The notes under the pieces are model-generated. The model ran no database searches and had not been told where the DNA came from. It saw only the letters and a list, made by a program, of their open reading frames with translations. The position numbers and the translations under genes were made by a program. DNA of 24,000 bases from contig JAGWVT010000005.1 in assembly GCA_018970765.1 (NCBI GenBank), forward strand, positions 28,867 through 52,866, read 5' to 3'. Positions 1 to 9,145 of this stretch are shown here, in pieces. Origin of the DNA: Actinomycetales bacterium (GTDB lineage Bacteria > Actinomycetota > Actinomycetes > S36-B12). How positions within the stretch are numbered: position 1 is the first letter of the stretch; every line of letters starts with the position of its first letter.

Positions 1-210
1 AAGTTCACCGGCATTTGCCTCGATGATCGAGACCATCGCGCGGTTGCCTTCGACGTCGATATCGATATCGCCATCGAGGTCGAGAATGTCGAGGAAGCCT
101 TCGAGGTAGTCGGCGGCGGCGTCGCCTTCCTGCACGAGCAGGGTCGCCCCGTTCCCTGTTGACGGGGCTTCCTCGTCGACGATTTCGGTTGTGGATCCTT
201 GATCAGACAT
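1..210 (-). CDS. Jag/KhpB-type R3H RNA-binding protein, N-terminal part (gene continues beyond the window start)
   Basis: The minus-strand reading from ATG (cat at 208-210) gives MSDQGSTTEIVDEEAPSTGNGATLLVQEGDAAADYLEGFLDILDLDGDIDIDVEGNRAMVSIIEANAGEL. The acidic AADYLEGFLDILDLDGDIDIDVEG segment is typical of the actinobacterial Jag N-terminus. Its position immediately downstream of yidC matches conserved synteny. It is absent from the ORF track because it runs off the window. Confidence 0.75.
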   Translation of the reverse strand, partial: MSDQGSTTEIVDEEAPSTGNGATLLVQEGDAAADYLEGFLDILDLDGDIDIDVEGNRAMVSIIEANAGEL

Positions 211-243
211 GACACTCCTTGATCCTGGTCACGTGATGCGTGG

Positions 244-1179
244 TCAGGCGGATTTACCAGGCTTGCGCTGGCTGCGGGTGGCTTTCTTTGGCTGCTTACG
301 GACAGGTGCGGGTTCCTCGACCACCGGTGGTGGTTCCGGTGGAGCCTTGACCTTGCGTGCCTTTCTGGCCTCACGAGCCTCGAAGGCAGGGGTACCGGGC
401 TGTGGATTGTTGCGAATCACCCAGAACTGTTGGCCCATCGACCATAGGTTCGTAGTGAACCAATAGATCAACACACCGATAGGGAAGTTGATGCCACCAA
501 TCGCGAAGACCAGCGGGAACACGTAGAGCAGGATCTTCTGCTGACGAACCATCGGGTTGTCCGGGGCGCTGTTCTTGACGATCAGTTGGCGCTGGGTGAG
601 GAATGTCGTGACCGTCATCAGGATGATGAGGATGAAGGCGACGATTCGAGTCGCCATCGGCATGGGTGTCTCGTCGGCGTTCATGAAGGTGCCATAGATG
701 GGCACACCCAGGAGTTCTGCGTTCTTGGCCTGGGGCAACAGGTCCTGATACTGCGCCCACGCAAACACCCCGGGAGGGGTGTACCCCGGATCATTCGGGT
801 TGTACATCGCGATGCCCTGCAGCACGGAGAACAGGGCGAAAAAGATCGGGGCTTGCAGGAGGATCGGCAGGCAGGAGGCCAGCGGATTGGTGCCAGTCTC
901 TCGGTAGAGCTTCATCATTTCCTGGGACTGCCGTTCACGGTCCCCGGCGTACTTCTTTTGGATCTCCTTCATCTGCGGCTGGATCAGCTGCATGTTGCGT
1001 TGCGACTTGATCTGCTTTACAAAGAGCGGAATCAGCAGTATGCGGATCACGATGACAAGTCCCACGATGGAGAAGGCCCAGGTCCAGCCGCTGGCTGGAT
1101 CCATAAAGGTGCTGAGCGCCTGATGGAACTGGACCAAGATCCAGCTCACACCGTTCTTCAGCCAATCGAGGATGAACAT
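244..1179 (-). CDS. yidC: Membrane protein insertase YidC
   Basis: A 311-aa ORF with multiple TM segments and the conserved YidC core (QPQMKEIQKKY, NPLASCLPILLQAPIFFALF, INFPIGVLIYWFTTNLWSMGQQ). It has a basic Lys/Pro-rich C-terminal tail. It sits in the rpmH-rnpA-yidD-yidC-jag order. Confidence 0.95.
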   Translation of the reverse strand: MFILDWLKNGVSWILVQFHQALSTFMDPASGWTWAFSIVGLVIVIRILLIPLFVKQIKSQRNMQLIQPQMKEIQKKYAGDRERQSQEMMKLYRETGTNPLASCLPILLQAPIFFALFSVLQGIAMYNPNDPGYTPPGVFAWAQYQDLLPQAKNAELLGVPIYGTFMNADETPMPMATRIVAFILIILMTVTTFLTQRQLIVKNSAPDNPMVRQQKILLYVFPLVFAIGGINFPIGVLIYWFTTNLWSMGQQFWVIRNNPQPGTPAFEAREARKARKVKAPPEPPPVVEEPAPVRKQPKKATRSQRKPGKSA

Positions 1180-1229
1180 TGCTTCCGTCCAGTTTTGTCA
1201 GGGTCCAGTGGTGTCGGGGTCAAGAACTT

Positions 1230-1553
1230 TCAGCGTCCAAATCGCGGTGTTCCGTCAGGAAGTATGTCGGGTCGCCACGCACCGTGCTGCGGTACGGGGT
1301 CAATTCCACCACGGTTCCATGGGTTGCAACGCAGCAGCCGCCAGCAGGCCAGCGCAGTGCCCTTTGCTGACCCGTGAATCTGTATCGCTTTAAGTGCGTA
1401 CGCCGAACAACTCGGGTAGAAGCGGCAACTAGCCGGCAGTAATGGCGAGATGGTCTGGCGATAGATCCAGATCAGTGCAATAAGAAGCCATGCCAGAACA
1501 AGACCAAGGGAGTGGTCCCAGACCCAGAGCGCCCACGACACAACCTTTGTCAT
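1230..1553 (-). CDS. yidD: Membrane protein insertion efficiency factor YidD
   Basis: It carries the YidD signature [56 protein letters not shown] prefer the ATG at 1551-1553 over the TTG at 1554-1556 used by the ORF track. This gives a one-base TGATG overlap with the rnpA stop. Confidence 0.9.
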   Translation of the reverse strand: MTKVVSWALWVWDHSLGLVLAWLLIALIWIYRQTISPLLPASCRFYPSCSAYALKAIQIHGSAKGTALACWRLLRCNPWNRGGIDPVPQHGAWRPDILPDGTPRFGR

Positions 1554-1903
1554 CAATGCCTCGGCAGTCCGGCACGACCAAGTGCGATGTCAAGATCTGT
1601 GAGCAACGTCGCCCAGGAGCGTTGCGCCGCCCCGGGCAAGGCTCGAATCACGATGCGGCTGCCGGCAGGCCAACCTGCAATGCGAGTCTGAGCCGCGTGT
1701 CGAATTCGACGTGCTACCGCGTGCCTTTCCACGGCATTACCAACAGCCTTGCTAGCCACCACACCAACTCGTGGCAAGCCAGGGTTGTTGTTGCGTGAAA
1801 GCAACACGTGCACGGTTAGAGCGCCGTGTTTACCACGGGTCCCTGAACGCGTAACTTCAAGGAAGTCCGTTGAACGGCGGAGCCGGTGGACTGCGGGCAG
1901 CAT
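1553..1903 (-). CDS. rnpA: Ribonuclease P protein component
   Basis: A 116-aa basic protein beginning [14 protein letters not shown], with the typical RnpA RNR-like motif region ([17 protein letters not shown]). It lies directly downstream of rpmH. Confidence 0.9.
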   Translation of the reverse strand: MLPAVHRLRRSTDFLEVTRSGTRGKHGALTVHVLLSRNNNPGLPRVGVVASKAVGNAVERHAVARRIRHAAQTRIAGWPAGSRIVIRALPGAAQRSWATLLTDLDIALGRAGLPRH

Positions 1904-1938
1904 GGTCGTTGCCCGGTAAGAGGCCGGACCTCGTTCAA

Positions 1939-2073
1939 CTAGGCAGAAAGGCGCGTGCGGCCCTTTGACCGGCGGGCCGAAAGGATGGCGCGGCCAGCGC
2001 GTGTGCGCATGCGGGTGCGAAATCCATGGGTCTTCGCCCGCCTACGGTTGTTGGGCTGGAAGGTGCGCCTCAT
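1939..2073 (-). CDS. rpmH: 50S ribosomal protein L34
   Basis: The internal Met of the 66-aa ORF gives [44 protein letters not shown] (44 aa), a near-consensus L34. The 22-codon upstream extension in the ORF track has no L34 counterpart. Confidence 0.95.
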   Translation of the reverse strand: MRRTFQPNNRRRAKTHGFRTRMRTRAGRAILSARRSKGRTRLSA

Positions 2074-2340
2074 GGTTGGGAGCGTACGTATCGCCGCGCT
2101 TGCGGTCAAATGCACATCGGAACCCACAGCGCTAGGCACTGGACTTGTCAGCCTTCCCGGGCGTGACTAGCGTCTAGCCCCGCGGCACCGTCAGTTCAAT
2201 GAGGTTCTAGGACCTGGGCCTGTGCACATCTGTTGACAAAGATGTGGACAAGGTCACCACATGTCCCATGAGTCCCATGTGTGGGGTGCTCCGACCACCG
2301 AGTAGTAATCCACCATCTGTAGTGACCGGGGTGAGTAGCC
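2074..2340. promoter_or_regulatory. Divergent rpmH/dnaA intergenic region with DnaA boxes (dnaA promoter and autoregulation zone, left flank of oriC)
   Basis: There is a perfect TGTGGACAA at 2243-2251, the reverse complement of TTGTCCACA. There are 7/9 matches TGTGCACAT at 2221-2229 and TAATCCACC at 2306-2314. A perfect -35-like TTGACA lies at 2233-2238, 4 bp from the perfect box. I could not identify a convincing -10. Confidence 0.6.
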
Positions 2341-3756
2341 ATGGCTGAGAACCTGGAACTGCAGTCCGTCTGGTCAGCAGCTTTAGGAGCCTTGGCTGAC
2401 GGACAGCTTTCAGACTCCCAGCGCGGTTTCGTCAACCTGGCTCAGCCAGTCGGAATCGTCGACAGCACCGCCCTCATTGCTGTCCCGAACGACTTCACCC
2501 GAGACATTCTGGAAACCCGCCTTCAACCGATGTTGGCAGAGGCCCTCTCCCAGGCCATGGGACGAGATATCCGCCTGGCCGTCACTGTGGATCCGAGCAT
2601 GAGCGTGTCAACCGATGAATTGGAAATCCTCATCAACGAGGAGCAGGGTGAACGCAACGAAGCCCCACCAGAACTAGCGATTCGCCCGGGTACCGGATCA
2701 CCTGGAACCCGCGTTGAGGACGCCCGACTGAATGCGAAGTACACCTTCGAGTCCTTCGTCATCGGTGCGAGTAATCGTTTTGCCCACGCGGCCGCCGTGG
2801 CGGTGGCCGAGCAGCCCGCACGTGCCTACAACCCCCTGTTCATCTACGGAGGTTCAGGCCTAGGCAAAACGCATCTCCTGCACGCCATTGGCCACTACGC
2901 ACGCACGCTGTACGCAGGCATGCGAGTCCGTTATGTCAGCTCCGAGGAATTCACCAACGAATTCATCAACAGCATTCGTGACGATAAGGCAGCGGCGTTC
3001 CAACGTCGCTACCGCGATGTCGACGTACTCCTGGTTGATGACATCCAGTTTCTCAGCGGCAAAGTCCAAACCCAGGAGGAGTTCTTCCACACGTTCAACA
3101 CGCTGCACAACTCCAACAAGCAGATCGTTGTCACCTCCGATCTGCCCCCCAAGCAGTTGCAGGACTTCGAAGACCGGATGCGCTCACGCTTTGAATGGGG
3201 CTTGATTACCGACGTCCAACCCCCGGACCTTGAGACCCGAATTGCCATTCTTCGCAAGAAGAGCGCTCAGGAGCGGATCGTCGCTCCCCCTGAGGTGTTG
3301 GAATTCATTGCCTCGAAGATCGCCACAAATATCCGGGAACTCGAAGGTGCACTGATTCGGGTTACTGCCTTCGCGTCGCTGAATCGGCAGCCGGTTGACT
3401 TACCGTTGACCGAGAACGTGATGCGTCACTTGTTTCCCTCCGATGAGGGGCCTGAGATCACGGTGGGACAGATCATGGCGGCAACCGCCTCCTACTTCGG
3501 GGTCACCATTGACGACCTATGTGGCTCAAGCCGATCGAGAGTGTTGGTCACCGCACGGCAGATCGCCATGTACCTGTGTCGTGAACTCACCGATCTGTCC
3601 CTACCGAAAATTGGACAGGCTTTTGGTGGCCGTGACCACACCACCGTGATGCATGCGGACCGCAAGATCCGGCAGTTGATGGCTGAGCGGCGCAGTCTGT
3701 TCAACCAGGTCACGGACCTCACCAGCCGTATCAAGTCTCAACCGAGGACTGTCTAG
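2341..3756 (+). CDS. dnaA: Chromosomal replication initiator protein DnaA
   Basis: A 471-aa ORF with AAA+ Walker [12 protein letters not shown] and Walker [11 protein letters not shown]. It also has sensor/arginine-finger regions and the C-terminal DNA-binding domain ([35 protein letters not shown]). Confidence 0.98.
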   Translation: MAENLELQSVWSAALGALADGQLSDSQRGFVNLAQPVGIVDSTALIAVPNDFTRDILETRLQPMLAEALSQAMGRDIRLAVTVDPSMSVSTDELEILINEEQGERNEAPPELAIRPGTGSPGTRVEDARLNAKYTFESFVIGASNRFAHAAAVAVAEQPARAYNPLFIYGGSGLGKTHLLHAIGHYARTLYAGMRVRYVSSEEFTNEFINSIRDDKAAAFQRRYRDVDVLLVDDIQFLSGKVQTQEEFFHTFNTLHNSNKQIVVTSDLPPKQLQDFEDRMRSRFEWGLITDVQPPDLETRIAILRKKSAQERIVAPPEVLEFIASKIATNIRELEGALIRVTAFASLNRQPVDLPLTENVMRHLFPSDEGPEITVGQIMAATASYFGVTIDDLCGSSRSRVLVTARQIAMYLCRELTDLSLPKIGQAFGGRDHTTVMHADRKIRQLMAERRSLFNQVTDLTSRIKSQPRTV

Positions 3757-4157
3757 TCCCACTTGTCACTCTCGTCCCCATATGTGGATAACTCTGTGGA
3801 CAGTGGTTAATTGATTCGTAGTGACAGAAGTGTCCCCAGCTGAGGACATCCTGTGGAGAAGTACCTCACCTCTGGGGTGTTTATCCACAAACTGTCCCCA
3901 ACGAGCTCAACTTGTGAGGTGGTCTCTAGGTGTCCGGGCCAGACCCGAGTAATTCTCCACAGCGCTGCCGATGGCTAGTCACAACCCGTCCACAGCCAAA
4001 TTCGGCCACCGGGCGTCGTTCTCAAGTGTTTTCCACTGAATCCACAGTGCCTACGACTACTACGACAGCAACTAGTCGGAATAAGCCCACCAATAACGGC
4101 CTGCCTCCTGGGGATGCCCGGTCTTGACGTATCCCATGAGCCTGGAACACTGACGCT
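3757..4157. other. Chromosomal replication origin oriC (dnaA-dnaN intergenic DnaA-box cluster)
   Basis: A 401-bp non-coding gap in the canonical actinobacterial oriC position. Perfect 9-mers are TGTGGATAA at 3783-3791 (reverse complement of TTATCCACA) and TTATCCACA at 3881-3889. The 8/9 boxes are TGTGGACAG 3795-3803, TGTGGAGAA 3852-3860 and TTCTCCACA 3953-3961. The 7/9 boxes are TCGTCCCCA 3772-3780, GTGTCCCCA 3830-3838, TGAGGACAT 3841-3849, CTGTCCCCA 3892-3900, CCGTCCACA 3986-3994, TTTTCCACT 4029-4037 and GAATCCACA 4038-4046. There is a local A+T-rich patch gtggttaattgattcgtagtg around 3802-3822. Confidence 0.88.
4051..4074. repeat. Phased trinucleotide array CTA CGA CTA CTA CGA CAG CAA CTA (DnaA-trio-like)
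   Basis: Eight consecutive 3-nt units are read directly from the sequence. Four are exact CTA, whose complement reads 3'-GAT-5'. The array sits 4 bp (GTGC) downstream of the two abutting DnaA-box-like 9-mers at 4029-4046. Confidence 0.5.
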
Positions 4158-5282
4158 GTGAGATTCAGGGCTGAGCGTGATGTGCTAGCCGATGGCGTTG
4201 CTTGGGCTGCACGCACCCTGCCAAGCCGTCCACCGGTACCTGTCCTAGCTGGTCTGGTCCTGCACGCTGAATCAGATGCGCTCGTGCTGAGCAGCTTCGA
4301 CTACGAAGTCTCGACACGTGTGCTGGTCCCAGCCGACATTCAGACTGCTGGAACAGTCGTAGTTCCAGGTCGCTTGTTGTCCGATATTTGTCGAGCTCTG
4401 CCGGGTGCACCTGTTGAAGTGCAATTGGACGGCACCAGGGTTCGTATCACCTGCGGACGCTCATCGTTCGCGGTACCGATCATGCCTGCCGAGGACTACC
4501 CGCAGTTACCGACAATGCCGGAACAGGTGGGATCGGTCCCAGGGGACGTGTTTGCCGGTGCGATTACACAGGTCGCTATCGCGGCAGGTAAGGACGACAC
4601 CCTGCCGATGTTGACCGGCATGCGCATGGAGATCGAAGGCACGCAGGTGACCTTGGCGGCGACCGACCGCTATCGCTTAGCAATGCGTGAATTTACTTGG
4701 GAACCGCTTCAGAAAGCGCTCACAGCGGCCGTGCTGATTCCTGCTCGCACGATGGCTGACATGGCCAAAGCGTTGAGCGGTGGCAGTGGCAACAGCGCAG
4801 TGCAAATCGCACTGGCTGAGGGCGGTACCGGTGAAGGCATGATCGGCTTCGAGTCCACTGGCCGTCGAACGACGACACGGCTCCTTGACGGGGAGTTTCC
4901 GAAATACCGAGGCCTACTACCCAACGAGGCATCCTGCATCGCCACGGTGAGCACAGCGGAGTTGATCGAAGCTGTCCGTCGTGTGGCGTTGGTTGCCGAT
5001 CGCAATGCACCGATACACCTGGCCTTCAATGGTTCTGAGGTAACGCTTCGCGCCGGCGCGGGTGATGAGGCCAATGCCACCGAGACTCTGGGATGTGCGG
5101 TAGACGGTGATGGCTTGGAGATTGCGTTCAATCCAGCCTTCCTGCTAGACGGGCTCTCCGCCGTGGGTGAGGCGAGCACGAACTTCAGATTTACCGAATC
5201 CAACAAGCCCGCAGTGCTTGAGGGCGTGGATGCTGGAAGTAGTTACCGGTATCTCCTTATGCCCATCCGACTCACCGGCTAA
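4158..5282 (+). CDS. dnaN: DNA polymerase III beta sliding clamp
   Basis: A 374-aa ORF with a GTG start. The N-terminus MRFRAERDVLADGVAWAARTLP and C-terminus KPAVLEG...YRYLLMPIRL are typical of DnaN. It lies immediately after oriC. Confidence 0.97.
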   Translation: MRFRAERDVLADGVAWAARTLPSRPPVPVLAGLVLHAESDALVLSSFDYEVSTRVLVPADIQTAGTVVVPGRLLSDICRALPGAPVEVQLDGTRVRITCGRSSFAVPIMPAEDYPQLPTMPEQVGSVPGDVFAGAITQVAIAAGKDDTLPMLTGMRMEIEGTQVTLAATDRYRLAMREFTWEPLQKALTAAVLIPARTMADMAKALSGGSGNSAVQIALAEGGTGEGMIGFESTGRRTTTRLLDGEFPKYRGLLPNEASCIATVSTAELIEAVRRVALVADRNAPIHLAFNGSEVTLRAGAGDEANATETLGCAVDGDGLEIAFNPAFLLDGLSAVGEASTNFRFTESNKPAVLEGVDAGSSYRYLLMPIRLTG

Positions 5283-5288
5283 TCCTTC

Positions 5289-6458
5289 GTGTGGCTTGCA
5301 GAACTGAGCCTTGTTGACGTCCGGTCGTACCAGGCGCTCAACTGTTCATTCAATCCCGGTGTGACTGTGCTTGTTGGACGCAATGGTCAAGGAAAGACCA
5401 ACATTGTTGAGTCAATTGGTTACCTTGCAACGCACACCAGTCATCGGGTCGCCAGTGATGCCCCAATGATTCGTCTGGGTGCGCACCAGGCACTGATCAC
5501 CGGCGAGGTGGTGACAAAGGAGCGCCAGGTCCTCTTGGAGTTAGCAATTCTGCAGGGACGGGCAAACAAAGCACGGGTCAACGGTGTCCCGGTACCGCGC
5601 TTTCGGGAAGCCCTGGGGTACCTGACTTCGGTCACGTTCTCACCAGAGGACCTGGGCATAGTGAAGGGTGATCCCGCCGAGCGTCGCCGATTTCTCGATG
5701 AATTGATCATGCAGCACCGACCGAGAATGGCGGCTGTCTACAGCGACTATGAGCACACCTTGAAGCAACGCAATGCGCTACTGAAATCAGGTCTCGCTCG
5801 ACCTAACGGTGGGCAACCGTCAGCTGCGGCATTCACGAGCATGCTTGCCGTTTGGGACGAGCAACTCGTCAAGTTGGGCGCCCAGTTGACCGTCGCGCGT
5901 CTTGCCATGGTCGAACAACTCGCCGCCACCATCGTTTCCACCTATGCGACCTTGGCTCAAGGTGCAGCGGTCCTTGACGTCGCACTGGCTTACCGAAGCA
6001 GTGCCCTGAAGCCGGACGACGACTCAAAGGACAACGTGTCGCTCCCCAACGATGAGCAGTCATGGACCGCGCTGTTGGATGAGGCGTTACTGAAAGCGCG
6101 AGCCCAAGAACGCGCGCGAGGCATTACCGTGGTTGGACCACATCGCGACGATCTAGTCCTGTCCTTAGGCCCGCATCCGGTGCGCGGTTTCGCCTCTCAA
6201 GGTGAATGTTGGTCTCTAGCATTAGCGCTCAGACTGGCATCTATCAACGTGTTGGCCAGCCAAGGTGATAGTCCAGTGGTCATTCTTGATGATGTTTTCG
6301 CAGAGTTGGACAGTGGTCGACGTTTGATGCTCAGAGACTTCCTCACCGGTGTTGATCAGGTGTTCATTACGGCCGCTGTTGAGGAAGACCTCCCAAGTGA
6401 ACTTGTTGCTGATCGACTTGATGTTCGTGATGGAACGGTCTCACCACGGGCAGCATGA
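5289..6458 (+). CDS. recF: DNA replication and repair protein RecF
   Basis: A 389-aa ORF with Walker A GRNGQGKTNIVESI, an SMC/ABC-like signature region (FASQGECWSLALALRLA) and Walker B VVILDDVFAELD. It sits in the dnaN-recF-gyrB context. Confidence 0.95.
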   Translation: MWLAELSLVDVRSYQALNCSFNPGVTVLVGRNGQGKTNIVESIGYLATHTSHRVASDAPMIRLGAHQALITGEVVTKERQVLLELAILQGRANKARVNGVPVPRFREALGYLTSVTFSPEDLGIVKGDPAERRRFLDELIMQHRPRMAAVYSDYEHTLKQRNALLKSGLARPNGGQPSAAAFTSMLAVWDEQLVKLGAQLTVARLAMVEQLAATIVSTYATLAQGAAVLDVALAYRSSALKPDDDSKDNVSLPNDEQSWTALLDEALLKARAQERARGITVVGPHRDDLVLSLGPHPVRGFASQGECWSLALALRLASINVLASQGDSPVVILDDVFAELDSGRRLMLRDFLTGVDQVFITAAVEEDLPSELVADRLDVRDGTVSPRAA

Positions 6459-6474
6459 TGATGTGTAGCCGATC

Positions 6475-6972
6475 ATGACGACCCCAAGCCGTGCAGCTAT
6501 GCGTGCCCTCGATCAAGCCACGAAGGCAGGACCTCGGCGTGATGATGGGTCGATAGCTGAGCGCCGAGGGCCCAAAGGAAGAGGGACCGAGGGAACAGGA
6601 CCCAAGGCAACCCGTCAGGCCGACATAAGCACCTCGCAGAGCGCGGTGCGAGACCTTCTGCAGTCCCAAGGTTGGGAGCACCTGAGTGTGCGCGCCAGCG
6701 TTCTGGCGGAATGGGGGACTTTGGTTGGTGCAGATCTCGCCCAACATGTGACCGTCGAGGATTTCACAAATGGAGCCCTCAAACTTCGGGCCGAATCGAC
6801 AGCCTGGGCAACCCAGGTTCGGCTGTTGGCGGGAGAGATTCAAGTGGTCCTGGATACCCGGTTCGGTCCAGGCGTGGTGACCAGCCTTGAAGTGCAGGGT
6901 CCGGCAGCGCCTCGATGGGGGTCGGGTCCACGCCGTGTCCCAGGCCGCGGTCCGCGGGACACTTACGGCTGA
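6475..6972 (+). CDS. dciA: DUF721 / DciA-family protein (counterpart of M. tuberculosis Rv0004, a replicative helicase operator)
   Basis: A 165-aa ORF in the conserved slot between recF and gyrB. The C-terminal two-thirds (SVRASVLAEWGTLVGADLAQHVTVEDFTNGALKLRAESTAWATQVRLLAGEIQVVLDTRFG) matches the DUF721 pattern. The N-terminal ~55 aa are basic, Gly/Arg/Lys-rich and look disordered. Confidence 0.85.
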   Translation: MTTPSRAAMRALDQATKAGPRRDDGSIAERRGPKGRGTEGTGPKATRQADISTSQSAVRDLLQSQGWEHLSVRASVLAEWGTLVGADLAQHVTVEDFTNGALKLRAESTAWATQVRLLAGEIQVVLDTRFGPGVVTSLEVQGPAAPRWGSGPRRVPGRGPRDTYG

Positions 6973-7177
6973 GAGAGCCGATCCCGTATCCCCACCTACA
7001 CGAGTACCGGTCCAGGCCTCCACAGGGCGGTTTATTCGCCCCACAAGTGCCACGAGAGCAAGACTTCGCCATCAGGACGCAGTAGAATTTGCCCACCGCA
7101 GCCACCAGCCGTCCCAAACGGCTCGCGCCTGCTTCCTGAACCACATTTGACCCGGCTAACGACAAGGAGTTTGGGCG

Positions 7178-9145
7178 GTGACCTACGACGCGAGCGCCAT
7201 CACCGTCCTGGAGGGCCTGGATGCAGTACGAAAGCGCCCCGGCATGTACATCGGCTCCACCGGAGAGCGCGGGCTCCATCATCTGGTTTACGAAGTCGTG
7301 GACAACTCCGTCGATGAAGCCATGGCGGGTTACGCAACGCTAATCGATGTCACCCTGCTCGCTGACGGTGGTGTCCAAGTTGTCGACAATGGCCGCGGTA
7401 TCCCTGTCGACATGCACCCGGTTGAGAAGCGACCAGCCGTCGAGGTCGTACTCACCGTGCTTCACGCCGGTGGCAAGTTCGGGGGTAGCGGCTACTCGGT
7501 GTCCGGTGGTCTACACGGGGTCGGCGTGTCGGTGGTGAACGCCCTATCGACGCGCTTAGACATTGAGATCCACCGTGATGGCCACGCCTATCGGCAAACC
7601 TACGCGAACGGTGTGCCCACGGCGCCACTAGAACACGGCGAGGCGGTCACCGATACCGGAACCGCAGTGCGCTTCTGGGCCAATGGTGACATTTTCGAGA
7701 CGACGCACTACGACTTCACAACCCTGGCCCGTCGCTTCCAAGAGATGGCCTTTCTCAACAAAGGGCTCACTCTTTCCCTCACGGATGAGCGGACAATCGA
7801 AACCCCCGTTTCAGATGAGGCCGAAGAAACCGTCCGTCAGGTTACCTATCACTACGACGGGGGCATCGCCGATTTCGTGCGCCACATCAACGCCAGCAAG
7901 GGCCCGTCACATCCATCGGTCATCGAGATAGCTGCTGAGAGCGAGGTTGCCAACAGCGGCCAACAGATGAGCGTTGAGGTGGCACTGCAATGGAACACGA
8001 CCTACGCCGAGTCGGTCTACACCTTTGCCAACACGATCAACACCACCGAGGGTGGTACCCACGAAGAAGGATTCCGAGCTGCGTTGACCACACTGGTCAA
8101 CAAATTCGCTCGCGAGTGGAACATCCTGAAGGACAAGGATCCGAATCTTTCTGGAGAAGACGTACGTGAAGGCCTCGCTGCGATCGTCAGCGTCAAACTC
8201 CGCGACCCCCAATTCGAAGGGCAGACTAAAACCAAGCTCGGCAACACCGAGATGAAGGCTTTTGTTCAAAAAGTCGTCAATGACCAACTCGGCGAGTGGT
8301 TTGAAAAGAATCCTTCCGAGGGGCGTGACATTGCGCGCAAGGCAGTTAACGCCGCAACGGCACGAATCGCGGCTCGCAAGGCTCGAGATCTCGCACGAAA
8401 CCGCAAAGGCCTTCTTGGCGGCGCCGGCATGCCTGGCAAGCTCATCGACTGCTCGAGTCGCAATCCAGAGGAATGTGAACTCTTTATCGTCGAGGGTGAC
8501 TCTGCCGGTGGTTCAGCCCGTCAAGGCCGCGACCCACGAATCCAGGCCATCCTGCCGATTCGCGGCAAGATCCTGAATGTTGAGAAAGCACGTATCGATC
8601 GAGTGCTGCAAAACAACGAGGTCCAGGCGTTGGTCTCCGCAGTGGGTACTGGTGTCCAGGACGAATTCGACCTGAACCGTATGCGGTACCACAAGGTGGT
8701 GCTCATGGCGGACGCCGATGTGGATGGCCAGCACATTCGAACACTGCTGCTGACCCTGCTGTTCCGATTCATGCGACCCCTCATCGAACAAGGTCACACA
8801 TTCCTTGCCCAACCACCGCTGTACAAGATCAAGTGGTCAAGGGAGACGGCTGACTTTGCCTACTCAGATCGTGAACGCGACGCAATCATCGAAGCTGGAA
8901 TTGCCGCGGGCCGCCGACTCCCGAAGGACGAAGGCATTCAGCGCTACAAAGGCCTCGGCGAAATGAATGCCGATGAACTCTGGGAAACCACCATGGATCC
9001 CGATCGAAGGGTCCTCCTGCAGGTGACCTTAGATGACGCGGCGCAGGCCGATGAGATGTTCTCAGTCTTGATGGGCGAGGACGTCGAATCCCGTCGCGCG
9101 TTCATTCAACAGAACGCACGTGACGTGCGCTTCCTTGATATCTAG
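7178..9145 (+). CDS. gyrB: DNA gyrase subunit B
   Basis: A 655-aa ORF with a GTG start preceded by aaggag. It has the GHKL ATPase motifs ([48 protein letters not shown]). It has the Toprim motifs ([35 protein letters not shown]). Confidence 0.98.
   Translation: MTYDASAITVLEGLDAVRKRPGMYIGSTGERGLHHLVYEVVDNSVDEAMAGYATLIDVTLLADGGVQVVDNGRGIPVDMHPVEKRPAVEVVLTVLHAGGKFGGSGYSVSGGLHGVGVSVVNALSTRLDIEIHRDGHAYRQTYANGVPTAPLEHGEAVTDTGTAVRFWANGDIFETTHYDFTTLARRFQEMAFLNKGLTLSLTDERTIETPVSDEAEETVRQVTYHYDGGIADFVRHINASKGPSHPSVIEIAAESEVANSGQQMSVEVALQWNTTYAESVYTFANTINTTEGGTHEEGFRAALTTLVNKFAREWNILKDKDPNLSGEDVREGLAAIVSVKLRDPQFEGQTKTKLGNTEMKAFVQKVVNDQLGEWFEKNPSEGRDIARKAVNAATARIAARKARDLARNRKGLLGGAGMPGKLIDCSSRNPEECELFIVEGDSAGGSARQGRDPRIQAILPIRGKILNVEKARIDRVLQNNEVQALVSAVGTGVQDEFDLNRMRYHKVVLMADADVDGQHIRTLLLTLLFRFMRPLIEQGHTFLAQPPLYKIKWSRETADFAYSDRERDAIIEAGIAAGRRLPKDEGIQRYKGLGEMNADELWETTMDPDRRVLLQVTLDDAAQADEMFSVLMGEDVESRRAFIQQNARDVRFLDI

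Noticed and set aside
586-1377. 263-aa plus-strand ORF covering most of yidC and the yidC-yidD gap
   Set aside because: It is antisense to a clearly recognisable YidC. Its product is Arg/His/Gly/Asp-rich and low-complexity, which is typical of shadow ORFs in high-G+C DNA.
2074-2139. 22-codon N-terminal extension of rpmH in the ORF track
   Set aside because: L34 proteins are about 44-47 aa and start just before KRTFQP/RRTFQP. The extension has no homologous counterpart, and no alternative start codon fits.
3930-4127. 65-aa plus-strand ORF inside oriC with a poly-Thr run
   Set aside because: It lies in the DnaA-box cluster. The TTTTTATS run is simply the translation of the phased CTA/CGA trinucleotide array.
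4709-5206. 165-aa minus-strand ORF inside dnaN
   Set aside because: It is antisense to a full-length sliding-clamp gene, and its composition is Ser/Ala/Arg/Pro-rich. It is a shadow ORF.
6367-7053. 228-aa minus-strand ORF spanning the recF end, the DUF721 gene and part of the gyrB leader
   Set aside because: The plus strand encodes a product with the DUF721/DciA pattern in the conserved recF-gyrB slot. The antisense product has no recognisable motif and crosses an intergenic region.
7083-7088. TAGAAT hexamer as the gyrB -10 element
   Set aside because: It is a plausible -10 about 90 nt upstream of the gyrB start, but there is no matching -35 at 17 +/- 1 bp. I cannot verify it without transcription start site data.
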